From Eledone cirrhosa (Eukaryota): 64,000 nucleotides of DNA. A program made the translations under genes and the position numbers. Each line of letters starts with the position of its first letter. The stretch's first letter is position 1. The DNA is taken from positions 125,674,001 through 125,738,000 of the forward strand of contig OZ024745.1 of NCBI GenBank assembly GCA_964016885.1, written 5' to 3'. The notes beneath the pieces are model-generated. The model saw only the letters and a program-made list of their open reading frames with translations. It made no database searches and was not told where the DNA came from. Below are positions 40,325 through 53,462 of the stretch, piece after piece.

Positions 40325-41122
40325 AATGAATGAGACAGTGAGTGAGTGATAGACTGAATGAGAGAGTGAGTGAGTGATAGACTGAATGAGAGAGTGAGTG
40401 AGTGATAGACTGAATGAGAGAGTGAGTGAGTGATAGACTGAATGAGAGAGTGAGTGAGTGATAGACTGAATGAGAGAGTGAGTGAGTGATAGACTGAATG
40501 AGAGAGTGAGTGAGTGATAGACTGAATGAGAGAGTGAGTGAGTGATTGACTGAATGAGAGAGTGAGTGAGTGATAGACTGAATGAGAGAGTGAGTGAGTG
40601 ATAGACTGAATGAGACAGTGAGTGAGTGACAGACTGAATGAGAGAGTGAGTGAGTGATAGACTGAATGAGAGAGTGAGTGAGTGACAGACTGAATGAGAG
40701 AGTGAGTGAGTGATAGACTGAATGAGAGAGTGAGTGAGTGATAGACTGAATGAGAGAGTGGGTGAGTGATAGACTGAATGAGAGAGTGAGTGAGTGATAG
40801 ACTGAATGAGAGAGTGAGTGAGTGATAGACTGAATGAGAGAGTGGGTGAGTGATAGACTGAATGAGAGAGTGGGTGAGTGATAGACTGAATGAGAGAGTG
40901 AGTGAGTGATAGACTGAATGAGAGAGTGAGTGAGTGATAGACTGAATGAGAGAGTGAGTGAGTGATAGACTGAATGAGAGAGTGGGTGAGTGATAGACTG
41001 AATGAGAGAGTGAGTGAGTGATAGACTGAATGAGAGAGTGAGTGAGTGATAGACTGAATGAGAGAGTGGGTGAGTGATAGACTGAATGAGAGAGTGAGTG
41101 AGTGATAGACTGAATGAGAGAG
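40325..41122. repeat. 28-bp minisatellite (GAGAGAGTGAGTGAGTGATAGACTGAAT)n, ~28 copies
   Basis: Head-to-tail, highly homogeneous units with no spacers. Confidence 0.95.
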
Positions 41123-41229
41123 AGTAAGTTAAGTTCCATCTTTAAGCATTTATCTATGATGCATTTAATTTGCTACTATGTGTAAAATGTCGACCATACT
41201 TAAATATGGAACTATAGGCGATGGGGCCC

Positions 41230-41430
41230 CCCACAGCCCCGCCCCAGACCCGGTGGTCAGAATGGAGAAATACCTTTCCACGGAGGACGGCAAGGGAGAC
41301 GCGCTGGAAAAGCCACTCCAACTCACGGGACTCACACCTGCGGCTGGCCAGCTCAGCGCCTATGGTGGTGAGTAGGGTGGTAGCCCCAGGGGCCGAGGAC
41401 ACCAGAAGTCTCCACTGCCAGGTGTGTAAG
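41230..41430 (-). mobile_element. RLE-type (CRE-like) non-LTR 3' fragment
   Basis: LAVETSGVLG / TTLLTTIGAELASRRCESRELEWLFQRVSLAVLRG. Confidence 0.75.
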
Positions 41431-41519
41431 TTAAGTGATGAAGAAGGGTAAAATATAGCAAAGAGGGTTAGAAAAGATATAGGGTGTGGGTTAGTAGGAG
41501 AAGGTGGGGTACCAGACGG

Positions 41520-41764
41520 AAGAGAGGGTGAGGGTGAGATATAGTGACAGAGAGAGAGGGGAGGAGAGAGAGAGAGAGGGACAGACAGAGAGAGTGAGAG
41601 AGGGAGTGAAAGAGGGAGAGACAGAGAGAAAGAGAGAGAGTGTGAGATAGGAACAGAGAGAGAGTGTGAGAGAGGGAAAGACAGAGAGAAAGTGAGAGAG
41701 TGAGAGACAGGGACAGAGCTAGAGTGAAAGATAAGGGCAGAGAGAGAGTGAAATATAGTGACAG

Positions 41765-41795
<31 letters not shown>

Positions 41796-43034
41796 TAGGG
41801 GCACAGAGAGAGATAGTGACAGAGAGAGAGAAAGAGAGAGAGGGAGAGAGAGAGGGAGAGAGAGTGAGAGAAAGGTGTAGAAGAGGAAGTAGTGAGAGTC
41901 GTGCTGCTGAGAAATGGCCAGGTATAAGATCAGGTATGATGTTTAGTTGTGTGTATGTGTTTGTGAGTATTTATATGTGCATGTGTTTATGTGTGTGCAT
42001 GTGTGTATATGTGTGTGTGCGTGCGCGATCGCGTGTTTGTATGTGCCTTTCTGTATGCGTGAATGTGTGTGTGTGTATGTATGTCTGTGTTTGTGATGTA
42101 TATGTGCGTGTGTGTATGTGTGTGTCTGTGTGAGTGTGTGTGTGAATGTATGTGTATATTTGTGCGTGTGCGTGTGTGTGTGTATGTGTGTTTGTGTGTG
42201 TATGTGTAGGTCTGTGTTTGTGTGTATGCGTGTAAATGTATGTGTGTGTTTCTGTATGTGTACGTGTGTGTTTGTGTATGTGTATGTGTAAGTGTGTTTG
42301 TGTGTGTATGTGTATGTGTATGTTTTTATGTATGTGTGTAAATGTATGTGTGTGTTTGTATGTGTGTGTGTATGTGTGTGTTTGTGTGTATGTGTGTAAA
42401 TGTATGTGTGTTTGTGTAGGTGTGTGTTTGTGTATGTGTATGTGTGTGTGTGTGTGTGTGTGTAATTGTAGGTGTGTGTTTGTGTGTATGTGCGTGAATG
42501 TACGAGTGTGTGTGTGTGTGTGTAACGAATATCTTAATGTGGATGTCTTAAGTGATAGAGGAAGGTGAACATGTAATTAGTGGTAAACAGAAAGGTAGAA
42601 GAAGAAAAAGAAGGCATAGCAGATCGATTATTGATATATATATATATCGGTTATTGATTAGAACAGGTAAATAATGTGCGTATCTATGTATGTGGGTGGA
42701 TGTGTGATTGTCAGTGTATGTATGTATTTATGTGTGTGTGTGTGCGTGTGAAAGAGAAAGAGAGAGGGTGCATGTGTGTAAGTGTGTGTGTTCTTGTGTG
42801 TGAATGTATGTGTATATGTGTATATGTGTGTGTGTGTGTGTGAAAGTGAAAGGGTGCATGTGTGTAAGTGTGTGTGTATGTGTGTGTGTGCGTGCTTGTG
42901 TGTGAATGTATGTGTATATATGTGTGTGTGTGTGTGAGAGAGAAAGAGAGAGGGTGCATGTGTGTAAGTGTGTGTGTGTGTGAAAGAGAAAGAGAGAGGG
43001 TGCATGTGTGTGGGACTGATTATCAGTGTATGTA

Positions 43035-43097
<63 letters not shown>

Positions 43098-43700
43098 GAG
43101 AGAGTGTGTATGTGTGGTCTGGCTGTCAAACTGTCAGGGTATGCATGTGTGTGTGTATGAGAGAGAGAGTATGTGTGTGTGTGTGAGTGAGTGTATGTGT
43201 GTGAGTGTGTGAGTGTGTGTGAGAGTGTGTGTGTGAGTATGTGTGTGTGTGTGAGTATGTGTGTGAGTATGTGTGTGAGTGTGTGTGAGTGTGTGTGAGT
43301 GTGTGAGTGAGTGTGTGAGTGAGTGTGTGTGAGTGTGTGTGAGTGTGAGTGAGTGTGAGTGAGTGTGTGTGTATGTGTGAGTGTGTGTGAGTGAGTATGT
43401 GTGTGACTGTGTGAGTGTGTGAGTGTGTGAGTGTGTGTGTGTGAGTGTGTGTGTATGTGTGTGTGTGAGTGAGCGTGTGTGAGTGTGTATGTATATGTGT
43501 GAGTGTGAGTGAGTGTGTATGTGTGAGTGAGTGTGTATGTGTTAGTGTGAGTGAGTGTGTATGTGTATGTGTGAGTGTGAGTGTGAGTGAGTGAGTGTGT
43601 ATGTGTGAGTGTGAGTGTGAGTGAGTGTGTATGTGTGAGTGTGAGTGAGTGTGTATGTGTGAGTGTGTGTGTGAGTGTGAGTGAGTGTGTATGTGTGTGA
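41520..43700. repeat. Degenerate (GA)n, (TG)n and (GAGT)n low-complexity tract
   Basis: Direct reading. Confidence 0.9.
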
Positions 43701-43776
43701 CATATGTATATATGTCGAAGAGTATGTGCTGGAATGTGTGCCTAGGTGTACAGTTATGTATGTGTACGTATACATA

Positions 43777-43906
43777 ATTGTTTCTACTTTTGGCACAAGG
43801 CCAGCAACAACCCCAGTGCATTACTGGTACTTTATTTTATCAACCCCGTAAGGAGGAAAGGCAAAGTTAACCTCGGCGGGATTTGAACTGAGAATGGCAA
43901 GGGCCG
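43777..43906 (-). mobile_element. 5'-truncated MetaSINE
   Basis: Consensus match. Confidence 0.85.
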
Positions 43907-44028
43907 TGTACCTAATGTATACTTAAATAAACACTATATGTCATATGCGTGCAGATTCGTTTTATGGCAGATACAGAATATAAGAAAGATACAGTCGTGT
44001 GACATGACCTTCATCCTATATCATCGAT

Positions 44029-44692
44029 CAGATGTCCCTAACCACCGGGTCGCGGACCGGTATCGATCCGTCGATCATTTGCTACCGAGCCGCAAAGAAA
44101 TAATTACCGTATTTCCCGGCGCCGAAGAGGCTTCGTCCTCGAGGACGCACCCTAATTTTGACAACCAAAAATTTAAAAAAAAAAAAAAATTGTTTCTACT
44201 TTTGGCACAAGGCCATCAATTATCCAGTACAGTACTGGTACTTTATTTTATCGACCCCGTAAGGATGAAAGGCAAAGTTAACCTCAGCGGGATTTGAACT
44301 CAGATCGTAAAGGGACGTAACTACGCTGGAAAGCGTGTCTGACCCTCTACCAATACTGCCAATTCACATAATAAACAACCTTCGGCCTCCAGGACACAGG
44401 GTAGATTTTTTAGACTTATTTTAGGAAAAAAGTAGCGTCTTGGACGCCGGGAAATACGGTAACTTTTTTTAAATTATAAAATAGATAAATTGAATTTTGA
44501 ACTTTAATTTAAAAAGATTTACATGAGAGTCAAAAGATTATACACTTCTTCCCTTTAATAAATTGTTATTTTTATTATTGGTCTGTTTATCGAAATGCTC
44601 TTAAATAACACATATGTGCAACTATTAGTCCACGGAAAGATTGTCAGGCATGAAGCCGGACCGTGGTTTAAAAAAGGTTGGAGACCAGTCAG
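44029..44692. mobile_element. hAT MITE hosting nested insertions
   Basis: CAGATGTCCCTAACC ... GGTTGGAGACCAG ends; 8-bp flanks tcatcgat and tcatagat. Confidence 0.7.
44107..44459. mobile_element. Tc2/pogo-like MITE containing a MetaSINE (44189-44367)
   Basis: TA-CCGTATTTCCCGGCG / CGCCGGGAAATACGG-TA; uninterrupted copy at 60906-61073. Confidence 0.85.
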
Positions 44693-44924
44693 TCATAGAT
44701 GCATTTATTAATTGATCTATCAAGTCGTCTTTAATTATTTTGACACAGACACACCCAATTATACATCCATATATCAATAACTCCATTAATCAATCTGTTT
44801 GCTATAGAGATCTTCGCCGAAAGTAATTGTTTCTACTTTTGGCACAAGGCCAGCAATTAACCAGTACATTAATGGTACTTTATTTTATCGACCCCGTAGG
44901 GGAAAATAATGTTGTTACATTAAT

Positions 44925-45014
<90 letters not shown>

Positions 45015-45019
45015 GAGAG

Positions 45020-45356
45020 AGAGAAAATTGAGGTTGGTAATGGCACATGGAATATATAAGAGACAGACTACCCCTTTTAAAATGATTAATCTCCTTTGTA
45101 TATATTTCTTTAAGTAAGAAATATATTTCACCAATTAATCAGTAGATCACAGCAGTCAAATCCTGGATGGTCACAAAAGGAGAAGAAATAACTATCCTTT
45201 TGTGACCATCCAGGATTTGACTGCTGTGATCTACTGATTAATTGGTGAAATATATTTCTTACTTAAAGAAATATATACAAAGGAGATTAATCATTTTAAA
45301 AGGGGTATTCTGTCTCTTATATATTCCATGTGCCATTACCAACCTCAATTTTCTCT
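45020..45356. repeat. Near-perfect 162-bp inverted repeat between (TA)n runs
   Basis: Arms 45020-45181 and 45195-45356, 13-nt spacer, one mismatch seen. Confidence 0.92.
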
Positions 45357-45387
45357 ATAACCTTCGTTTTGTGTAGAAAATTACACT

Positions 45388-45418
<31 letters not shown>

Positions 45419-45434
45419 GTAATAATAAATTTGA

Positions 45435-45470
<36 letters not shown>

Positions 45471-45987
45471 TCAAATTTATTATTATTACTATATATATAT
45501 ATATATATATATATAAATTAGCGAGAATCGTATTTCAGCTTAGGAATTAACGAAAAACAACTTCCGAGATGTGTGGCAAGCGCTCAATGATTCAGATGAA
45601 CCAGAGCTACAACATACGTTAAATGCCAAACACACTGAGACGATGGTTAAACAATCATTCGCACAGCCAAAGAAACGACCAAGTAATTCGGGTCAAACAA
45701 ATAAAAATATATGTGATTGATATATATATATATTTCAGAGCACCAATCGTAATTTTTTATTTTTGCTGCACCGGCAATTGCTGTGTATAATCAGTTCCTG
45801 ATTATTACTGGAATTCTATAAGAATCCAGCCTCTATAATTTTCGGCAGAGGTCGGTAAGTAGCTTGCTCTGGCAGCTTCTCTCCCTTCCTTTGCGGAAAA
45901 AAGAAGTGACATAGCCACTACTTTAAAATAATAGCGCAAGGTCTTCAAAATATGTTTAATTAAACATACGGTATATTACCAAATATA

Positions 45988-46043
<56 letters not shown>

Positions 46044-46044
46044 T

Positions 46045-46165
46045 GAAGGCGTTTGGCTGAGTGGTTAGAGAATTGGATTCACAATCTTGGGGTTGTGAGT
46101 TCGATTCCCGGACCAGGTAATACGTTATGTCCTTGAGCAAGACACTTTATTTCACGTTGCTCCTT
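46045..46165 (+). mobile_element. Second tRNA-derived SINE family (CORE/V-like body), 5' part
   Basis: tggctgagtggtt A-box, gagttcgattccc B-box, tgtccttgagcaagacactt body; opposite-strand copy at about 46880-47150. Confidence 0.65.
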
Positions 46166-46728
46166 CTACATGGAGTTTTATTAGCAATTGGAAAGACCGA
46201 CGGAAACATTGTTTCCTCGGTCCGATTTGACGAAAGTCGCTCGATATATATATATATAACAGAACGAGGGTCAGTAGACTATGAGGCCCTAAACTGCAAC
46301 ACACTTAGTCTATACAGGCATACACAGAGAGTGATAGATAGAGAGAGAGAGAGAACATGCGTTCAAGAGTGTATGTGCGTGTGTGTGTGAAAGTGTATGC
46401 ATGTGTGTATATATGCAAATAAGATCCACTTGCTTTAACTTTCTATTTATATGTTGTTGTAGCTGTTGAGTGATCTATTTGTTTGAACAATAGCATAAAC
46501 TGCTTGTGAAATTAACGTGTAAGTGGCAAATCATTCAACAGACGTAGTTCTCAGGGATATTCAACAGGATAAAGGGTGTGACAATTAGAAATACAACAAA
46601 CACTCTTTTGCCAGTTGAGTGCACCAAAACAATGTGAAATAAAGTATCCTTTTCACCCGCACCGGGAATCGAATTCGTGAACTTACGATCTCACATCCAG
46701 CAGCATTAACACTAAGCTACGCATCATT

Positions 46729-46829
<101 letters not shown>

Positions 46830-47161
46830 CCCACAACCACACACACACATGCAGACATACACACGCACACACACGCATAAGACCCCCTTCAGTCACGAAT
46901 GACCATAGGATTTGTGTTTAGAAAGTTCCCGTCCGAGAGACAAGTCCGGGCATGGTTGTTATTGGAAGACCAGTAGTCGCCCATGCATACTACCTTCCCT
47001 TCTCCACGACACCGATGGTGTCCAAGGGAAAGTCTAAGACCCATACAGCTTAGTACCAGTGACGCTGTAACTCATTTCTATAGCTGAATAAACTGGAGCA
47101 ACGTGAAATAAAGTGTCTTGCTCAAGGACACAACGCATCACCCGGTCCGCATATTACACAC

Positions 47162-47192
<31 letters not shown>

Positions 47193-47275
47193 GTAGTAGA
47201 GTAGTATCACTACTACTACTAGTAGTAGTAGTAGTAGTAGTAGTAGTAGACAGACAGGCAAAGAGACGGACGGTG

Positions 47276-47374
<99 letters not shown>

Positions 47375-47503
47375 CATATATATATATATGGAATACTGTT
47401 AGCTTATCACTAAAACAATTTCAATACCTTTCATTTATATATATATATATATGCAGAGGTTATATTTAATTTGTTGGGATTCAACAAGCTGCTTAAAAAT
47501 GTT

Positions 47504-47551
<48 letters not shown>

Positions 47552-49329
47552 AACGGAAGGAAGAAAACGGAGGTAAAGTTTGAATCAACAACAGAAAGGA
47601 AGTAAACAGGGGAGTTACATAGAGAGAGAAAGGGGTCACGAAAGAAAATAAAAATAAATGATTTTTGTTTTTTAGTGAGGGAGGTAGGTGTAGTGTAGTT
47701 AGTACTCATGACAATTTTCAGGGTCTCCGAGACTGGTAGAAAAGAAAGAGAAAGTTATTCACAATATATATATATCTCCAGCAGCAGGCCAACAGCAAAC
47801 TCAGCGAATTACTTCACTTTTATATAATAATTGTTTAGATCTTACTCTCAGTGTGTATGCAGAGCCAGTGTCTGGGTATTTATCTCTCTAAGCTAACTAT
47901 AGTGTATGACTCCTTCCCCAATCTATACGTCCTATTCCTCCCAAATAAAATAATTTCTAGTTATAATTTGATAAACTGAAGAACCTTAGCTTTACATCTT
48001 AAATATCTTGCTCTGTCCACACTAAGAAAATTACTTAGGCTGCATTTTCTACTACACAGTCTACAGTCACCCATGCCAAATCATTTGACAATTTTAAATA
48101 CTATATAACCTTCTCTATAGATATTTGCAAACCGCTGCTACGGAGCATAGATATTTAGCGATTTATTTATCGCTCGCAATAAATGTCGTATATTTAATTT
48201 AATTATACAAATTTGTATAAAACTGTGATCCTTTAATGTTCACTAAACTAATGCACTTCTCTGAGTTCTACCCCCTAAGTGAGTACCAAATTGAGCTTAA
48301 AGGTATTTAAATTGCCCCATTTGTATGTGTATATCTATGTCATTTTTTGTGCCTGTCTATGTTATAGTTATGCATCTTTCTTCTTAAGTTCTTCGTCAGG
48401 AGAAAATGAGCGGCAACCTTGACTCATTTTATATAGCCTCCAAAACTAGTGTGAGGGAGAAAGTAAGGTATTTTCCAACCAATGACCAGCCCTGTATTTA
48501 TGCAGCAGAGCGATATCCGCTAAAGATACTCAAGGGCCGGGAGATAGTGTGAAATCGGGTGACGCATTAAGATTGATAAAATAGAACAAAATTGATAGAA
48601 AGATGGAAAGGAATGGACCATCATTGGTTTCGACGATGGGTGTTCAATCTGCTTGATCACCAGAACAGCCAGCTCGTTGAATTATCGCGCAAGTGGTTGA
48701 GCCGGACACAGAAACGTGTACCCTTAACGTAGTTCTCATGGAGATTCTGCATATCACAGTGTATGACAAGGCTATCATCACATTGGATTAAAAGCACTGT
48801 CCACTCAACAGGCTTCCAAACCGTTTCCGTCTATCCAATTTCTCTCATAATGTTTTGGACGACCCGAGGATATGGTAAACGACACTTTCCCAAGCGGTCC
48901 CACAGTAGAATCGAACCCGAGATGCTATAATTGTGAAAGACATTTCTTAAGGGTTGCGCTATGCTGCATCCACAGAAAGATGTAATAACCATGAAGTTAA
49001 TCACTACATATTTGAGATGAGTTTTATGTATGTATGGACCCGTAACTCTCGAGGAAGTCGTAGGGCTGCCACAATGACATACAGCGTTTCTAGGGCATTT
49101 GAAACCTGGCGGAGCCCATCTCCTTTCTAGATCTGAATACAACAGATTTCCCCAAGACCAGGATAGAGAATGAGAGAAAGGAAGTGAGAAGGAGATGTAG
49201 AAGAAGAATCGACTCCCGGACTAGACTGGTACTTTTTATCGATCTTAAATGGATGAAAGGCAAAGTTGGCCACGCTGGGATTTGGGATCAGAGAGTCGGA
49301 ACGAATACTGCAAAGCATTCTATCTGACA

Positions 49330-49635
49330 CCTCTCTAGGAGAAGGTCACTCTAATATAAAACCTGCGACTTCGTTTGCATCCAATGATGTAGAGCAGTTC
49401 TACTTTTGGGGTAAATGCATTCGATGCTCAGAGAGTGAGATTGCCCCCATGCAAAGCCTTTCTTCACTTAAAACAGCTTCAAGCACAGGTATCGCTTGAT
49501 ATGTGACATTTTTGGCTATGCATGGTATTACTGGCCATAGGCAAGTCCCTAGCAGGACTAAAAATCCACGCCCGTGATGCTCATGCTTAAATATCAAACG
49601 ATGACATTACTCGAAATCGAGTTGCAGCCATCATG
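49330..49635 (+). mobile_element. Copy of the RTE-derived element 3' part
   Basis: Colinear with 370-660. Confidence 0.7.
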
Positions 49636-52159
49636 TAAATATGCATGCATGCATTTATGTAGGTGTAATTCCTTGTGGAATCGTATGAGCGCCATAATGA
49701 TAAAGGGTGTCTCTTATCCAATGTCTTCCAGAGAAGAACAAAGAGAAGCAAAGTGATACAGAGCAAGTGGTACAGGAAGAATCGTCCCCAGTGCTGGTCT
49801 TGTAAACTCTTATCAACCTCGAAAGGATGAAATGAAAAATTGACCTCGGCTCTATTTGAACCCAGATCGCAGAGAGCCAGAAGGAATATCACAAAATATT
49901 CAATTCATCTTTGCGACTATGTGAGGTCTTTGAATGGCATGTAGATCTGAGAATTTTACCGACATAGCATAGTACTGGTCGATAAAGTTTGGCCGGGGGC
50001 CGTACAACATTAATGTCATCAAAGAATAAAGACTTCAATTAACTATGAATGAGGAACTGTTTACGTGTTCACTTGCCCTGCTAGAAATAGAAGTCAAATC
50101 TCTCTGAAAATCACAGCCTCTTATAAAAGAGAACAACAATTTAAACATTGTAACTGCAGTTAAACTACGACAACAATTAGGAAAGTTGCTTCAGTTGTAA
50201 AGGAAAGGTAGTGGTCCTATCTCAACCACCTGGTATAGCACAACCTCCTGGCTCTTGGGTGCCTTTAGCAGATTTAAATTTAGGATAGATTGTAAGAGAA
50301 AAGAAGTGGGAAAAATATATAGGCGATGAATAGACCCCAGTAATAGACTGGTACTTCTTTCATCGGCCTAGAAAAGATGAAAGCCAAAATTGACCTCGAC
50401 GGGATTTGAACTCAGAAGACAGAAAAGCAGAACGAATGCTACAGAGCACATCATCCGACGTTCTATCGACTCAATTCGCTGCTTTTTCCGCGTGAATTTC
50501 GTTGACCACGTACTGCAAAAGTTTACGCCTCACTGATTAGGACCAACATCTGTTGACAAGGCTTCAAAGTGGTTGCTGAACCTGCTAGAAGAAGCAGCCA
50601 ATGTTTTCTAATTAAAAAAAAATATCTATATTTATTTATTTGTTTTGCTGTTTAATCAGCGAACAGATGACAGTGTCCACAACTCTTTTCCGGGCATATG
50701 AAGGAGGAGGAGACAGGCACAAACCGGGCATTTTGACAAAATGCTTTCAGCAGAGAGGATTTATTTTTTTATTTTTAAAGGGAGGACACGTGGTTAATGC
50801 CATCCAAAAAACATTACATCTGAACATAAGTGAGTAACGAAATAAAGAAGTTAACGGAATTGTTACGACAAAAAATATTTTTGTTCTAAGTTCAGGCTAA
50901 CACGATATATACTTATCTAGGGCAAACAATAACAACAACAAGAGTAATAAAAATAATAGCAACAACAAATGCAACGAGCCAAGGAAGGAGCCTCTACATG
51001 GTCACTAGAAATAGCAGCCAAATCTCCCTTATATCGTTCCCTACGGCTTAAAAAAGATAGCGAGAATTCGGACAATATAGACTTAGACGATCAGATTGGA
51101 TAATGAAGACTTAGATACACTACCCCTTACGGGACAGTCCCGGCCTGAATGTTTTAATCATAGTTCTGTCTACTCGATCGAGACAGGCCTGGATCTAACC
51201 AGTTATCTAAATAATTTAATTATTGATATTTTACATAATCATAAGTCCACGGAAGAGTTTGCAATCTATTTAAACGTGTCTGGTGTTTGACTGATGATAG
51301 GACTTGAACTTAGGATGGCGAGGGCTGGAATTAAATACCGATAAGCATGTCTAGTTTCACATTCTGTTGTCGACAAGCGTCAGGCAAGATAACTGTCGCG
51401 TCATATACCCCGTTAATCTAGGCTTCCGAGAGAAATGTTACAAGATAGAAAAAATCAGCTTTCGGGTACCGGGTAAAAGGTGTTCTTCGCAAAAATCAGA
51501 AGGGCGTGAAACTGGATTTCCTGGGTCCCAGGCCGAAGTACTAGATAGAACCCCCGGTTATAGTTAATGTTGTTGCATTTTACACCTATGTAGGTTTAGT
51601 TGGTCACTCACGAAGTTGCATGTCATAGAAAGTTTTTCGGGATTTAATGATAGAGTACCAATTTCTATCATGAAGAGACTTCCCCTTTCCCCAGCTGTTA
51701 ATATGTCTGCTGCAAGGGTTTACCCACAGCTGCTGCTAGTACTTTTCTTTTTTTTTTTTTAGCTGATGGACTGAGGGAACTTGAAATGAGCTGTCTCGCT
51801 CATGGAAACAATGTGCCACTCGCTCCGGGAGATGGAACCACCGTGAGTCTCACACCCTAACCAATAAGGGCATAAGCCGGCACTTCATATAGTACCTGCC
51901 ATTAATTATGGTATTTCTGTGGCATTTTTCCAGGAATACTGTGACCGCTTGTAGTTACACCCTCATTCGCTTTTAAATTTCAAGCAACTCCGAGGAGATT
52001 CGTTCGGTATTTTCAACTGTAGACCCTTTCATGACAAAGCATTTAGTTCGGATGATCTACCGGTTCTACATTTAGTCTGAATCTACAACATTGCTCTAAT
52101 GAATTTAGTGATAACGGTATTAATGATTATGATAACCCGACTCCAGGATTTGATTGTCA

Positions 52160-53245
52160 GCTGATTTTATGGCCCTTGAAAGAATGAAAGGTAAATTCTA
52201 CTTCTGCGGAGTGTGAACTTAGAACGTAAGGTACCGGAACGAGCATCGCAAAAGATATGTTCTTATTAACACACTGCCCGAGGGAGGGAAGGGCAGTGCC
52301 CATTATATTTATAACAACAACAACAATGATGGTTGCTGAGCCTAGCAAACTAGGGGAAGAGGAAAGTTGATTTCATCGACCCTGATTAGCAACTTAACCG
52401 GTAGCTTATTTCCTCGACTCCGAAAAGTTGAGAAGCGATGTTGACCTCGATGGGATATGAACCCTGAACGTATAGAATCTTAGCTAAATAATTGTTTATA
52501 CTTTTGGCACAAGGCCAGCAATTACCCCAGTGCATTACTGGTACTTTATTTTATCGACCCCGTAAGGATGAAAGGCAAGGCTAACCTCGGCGGGATTTGA
52601 ACTCAGAACGTAAAGGGCCACAACTCTATGCTAAATAATGCAAAGCGTTTTGTCTGACAGTCTAGAGATGTGACAACCCAATGGTTTCTAACTTAGGTAC
52701 TAGGACAAGATTTTTTTTTTTTTTCTTTCTTGGAGCTGAGTGAAGTTGATTACATAGGCCGCAGTATTTGACTGGCATTTATTTTATCGATCTCAAAATC
52801 ATGAAAAGCAAAGTTGATCTCGGCTGAATTTGATCCCAGAACTTAAAAATGCCGATAAAAATACTGCATTGCATTTTATCCGAAGCTTTAAAGATTCTTC
52901 CAACCCACAGCCTTTAACAATATTAATAATTGTTTCTACATTTGGCACAAGGCCAACAATTTGGAGAGGAGGGGAATCGATTAAATCAGCCCCGGAGCAT
53001 TAATGGTATTTCATTTTATCGAACTCGTAAGGATGAAAGGCAAACCTAACCTCGGTGCCATTTGAACTCAGAAGGTAATTTTAAAATATTTATAATGGTT
53101 TCTGATTTAGGTACACGACCAACAATTTTTGGGGAGGGGAAAGTCGATTAAATCGACCTTAGTGCATTACTGGTACTTTATTTTATCGATCCCGTAAGTA
53201 TGAAAGGCAAAGCTAACCTCGAGAGGATTTGAACTGAAAACGTAA
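52160..53245 (-). mobile_element. Cluster of about six co-oriented MetaSINE copies of different ages
   Basis: Repeated tttatcga..gaaaggcaaag..acctcgg..tttgaactcag blocks near 52160, 52370, 52491, 52680, 52930 and 53095. Confidence 0.8.
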
Positions 53246-53347
53246 TATAACAACATTTATAACAACATTTATAATAATAACAAATATATTAATTAATGAA
53301 TGAACAAATCAATATATCAATAATTTGCAAATAAATCTTGGACTTAC

Positions 53348-53462
53348 CTTGTCGCGTATCCGGTATATTATAGGCGCGTAAAACAGCTGAGTGTATCATA
53401 GAAACACAGATAAGAAGAAGTAATAGAAAAAGCAGAAGCAATCGCCGCAAAGTTAGCGACAT
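53348..53462 (-). CDS. ADAMTS: ADAMTS-type metalloprotease, coding exon 1 (signal peptide)
   Basis: Reverse complement reads ATG...MSLTLRRLLLLFLLLLLICVSMIHSAVLRAYNIPDTRQ-G|gtaagt. Basic N-region, hydrophobic core, consensus donor, phase 1 matching the GT that opens the exon at 19145 (G|GT = Gly). Symbol is family-level only. Confidence 0.85.

Noticed and set aside
40325-41122. 28-bp repeats as a CRISPR array, and the 333-aa minus-strand ORF
   Set aside because: Units are contiguous with no spacers, no cas genes, eukaryotic context.
47940-48110. Minus-strand CRLCSRK..SLSNF as a Penelope C-terminus
   Set aside because: Too short and interrupted to support.
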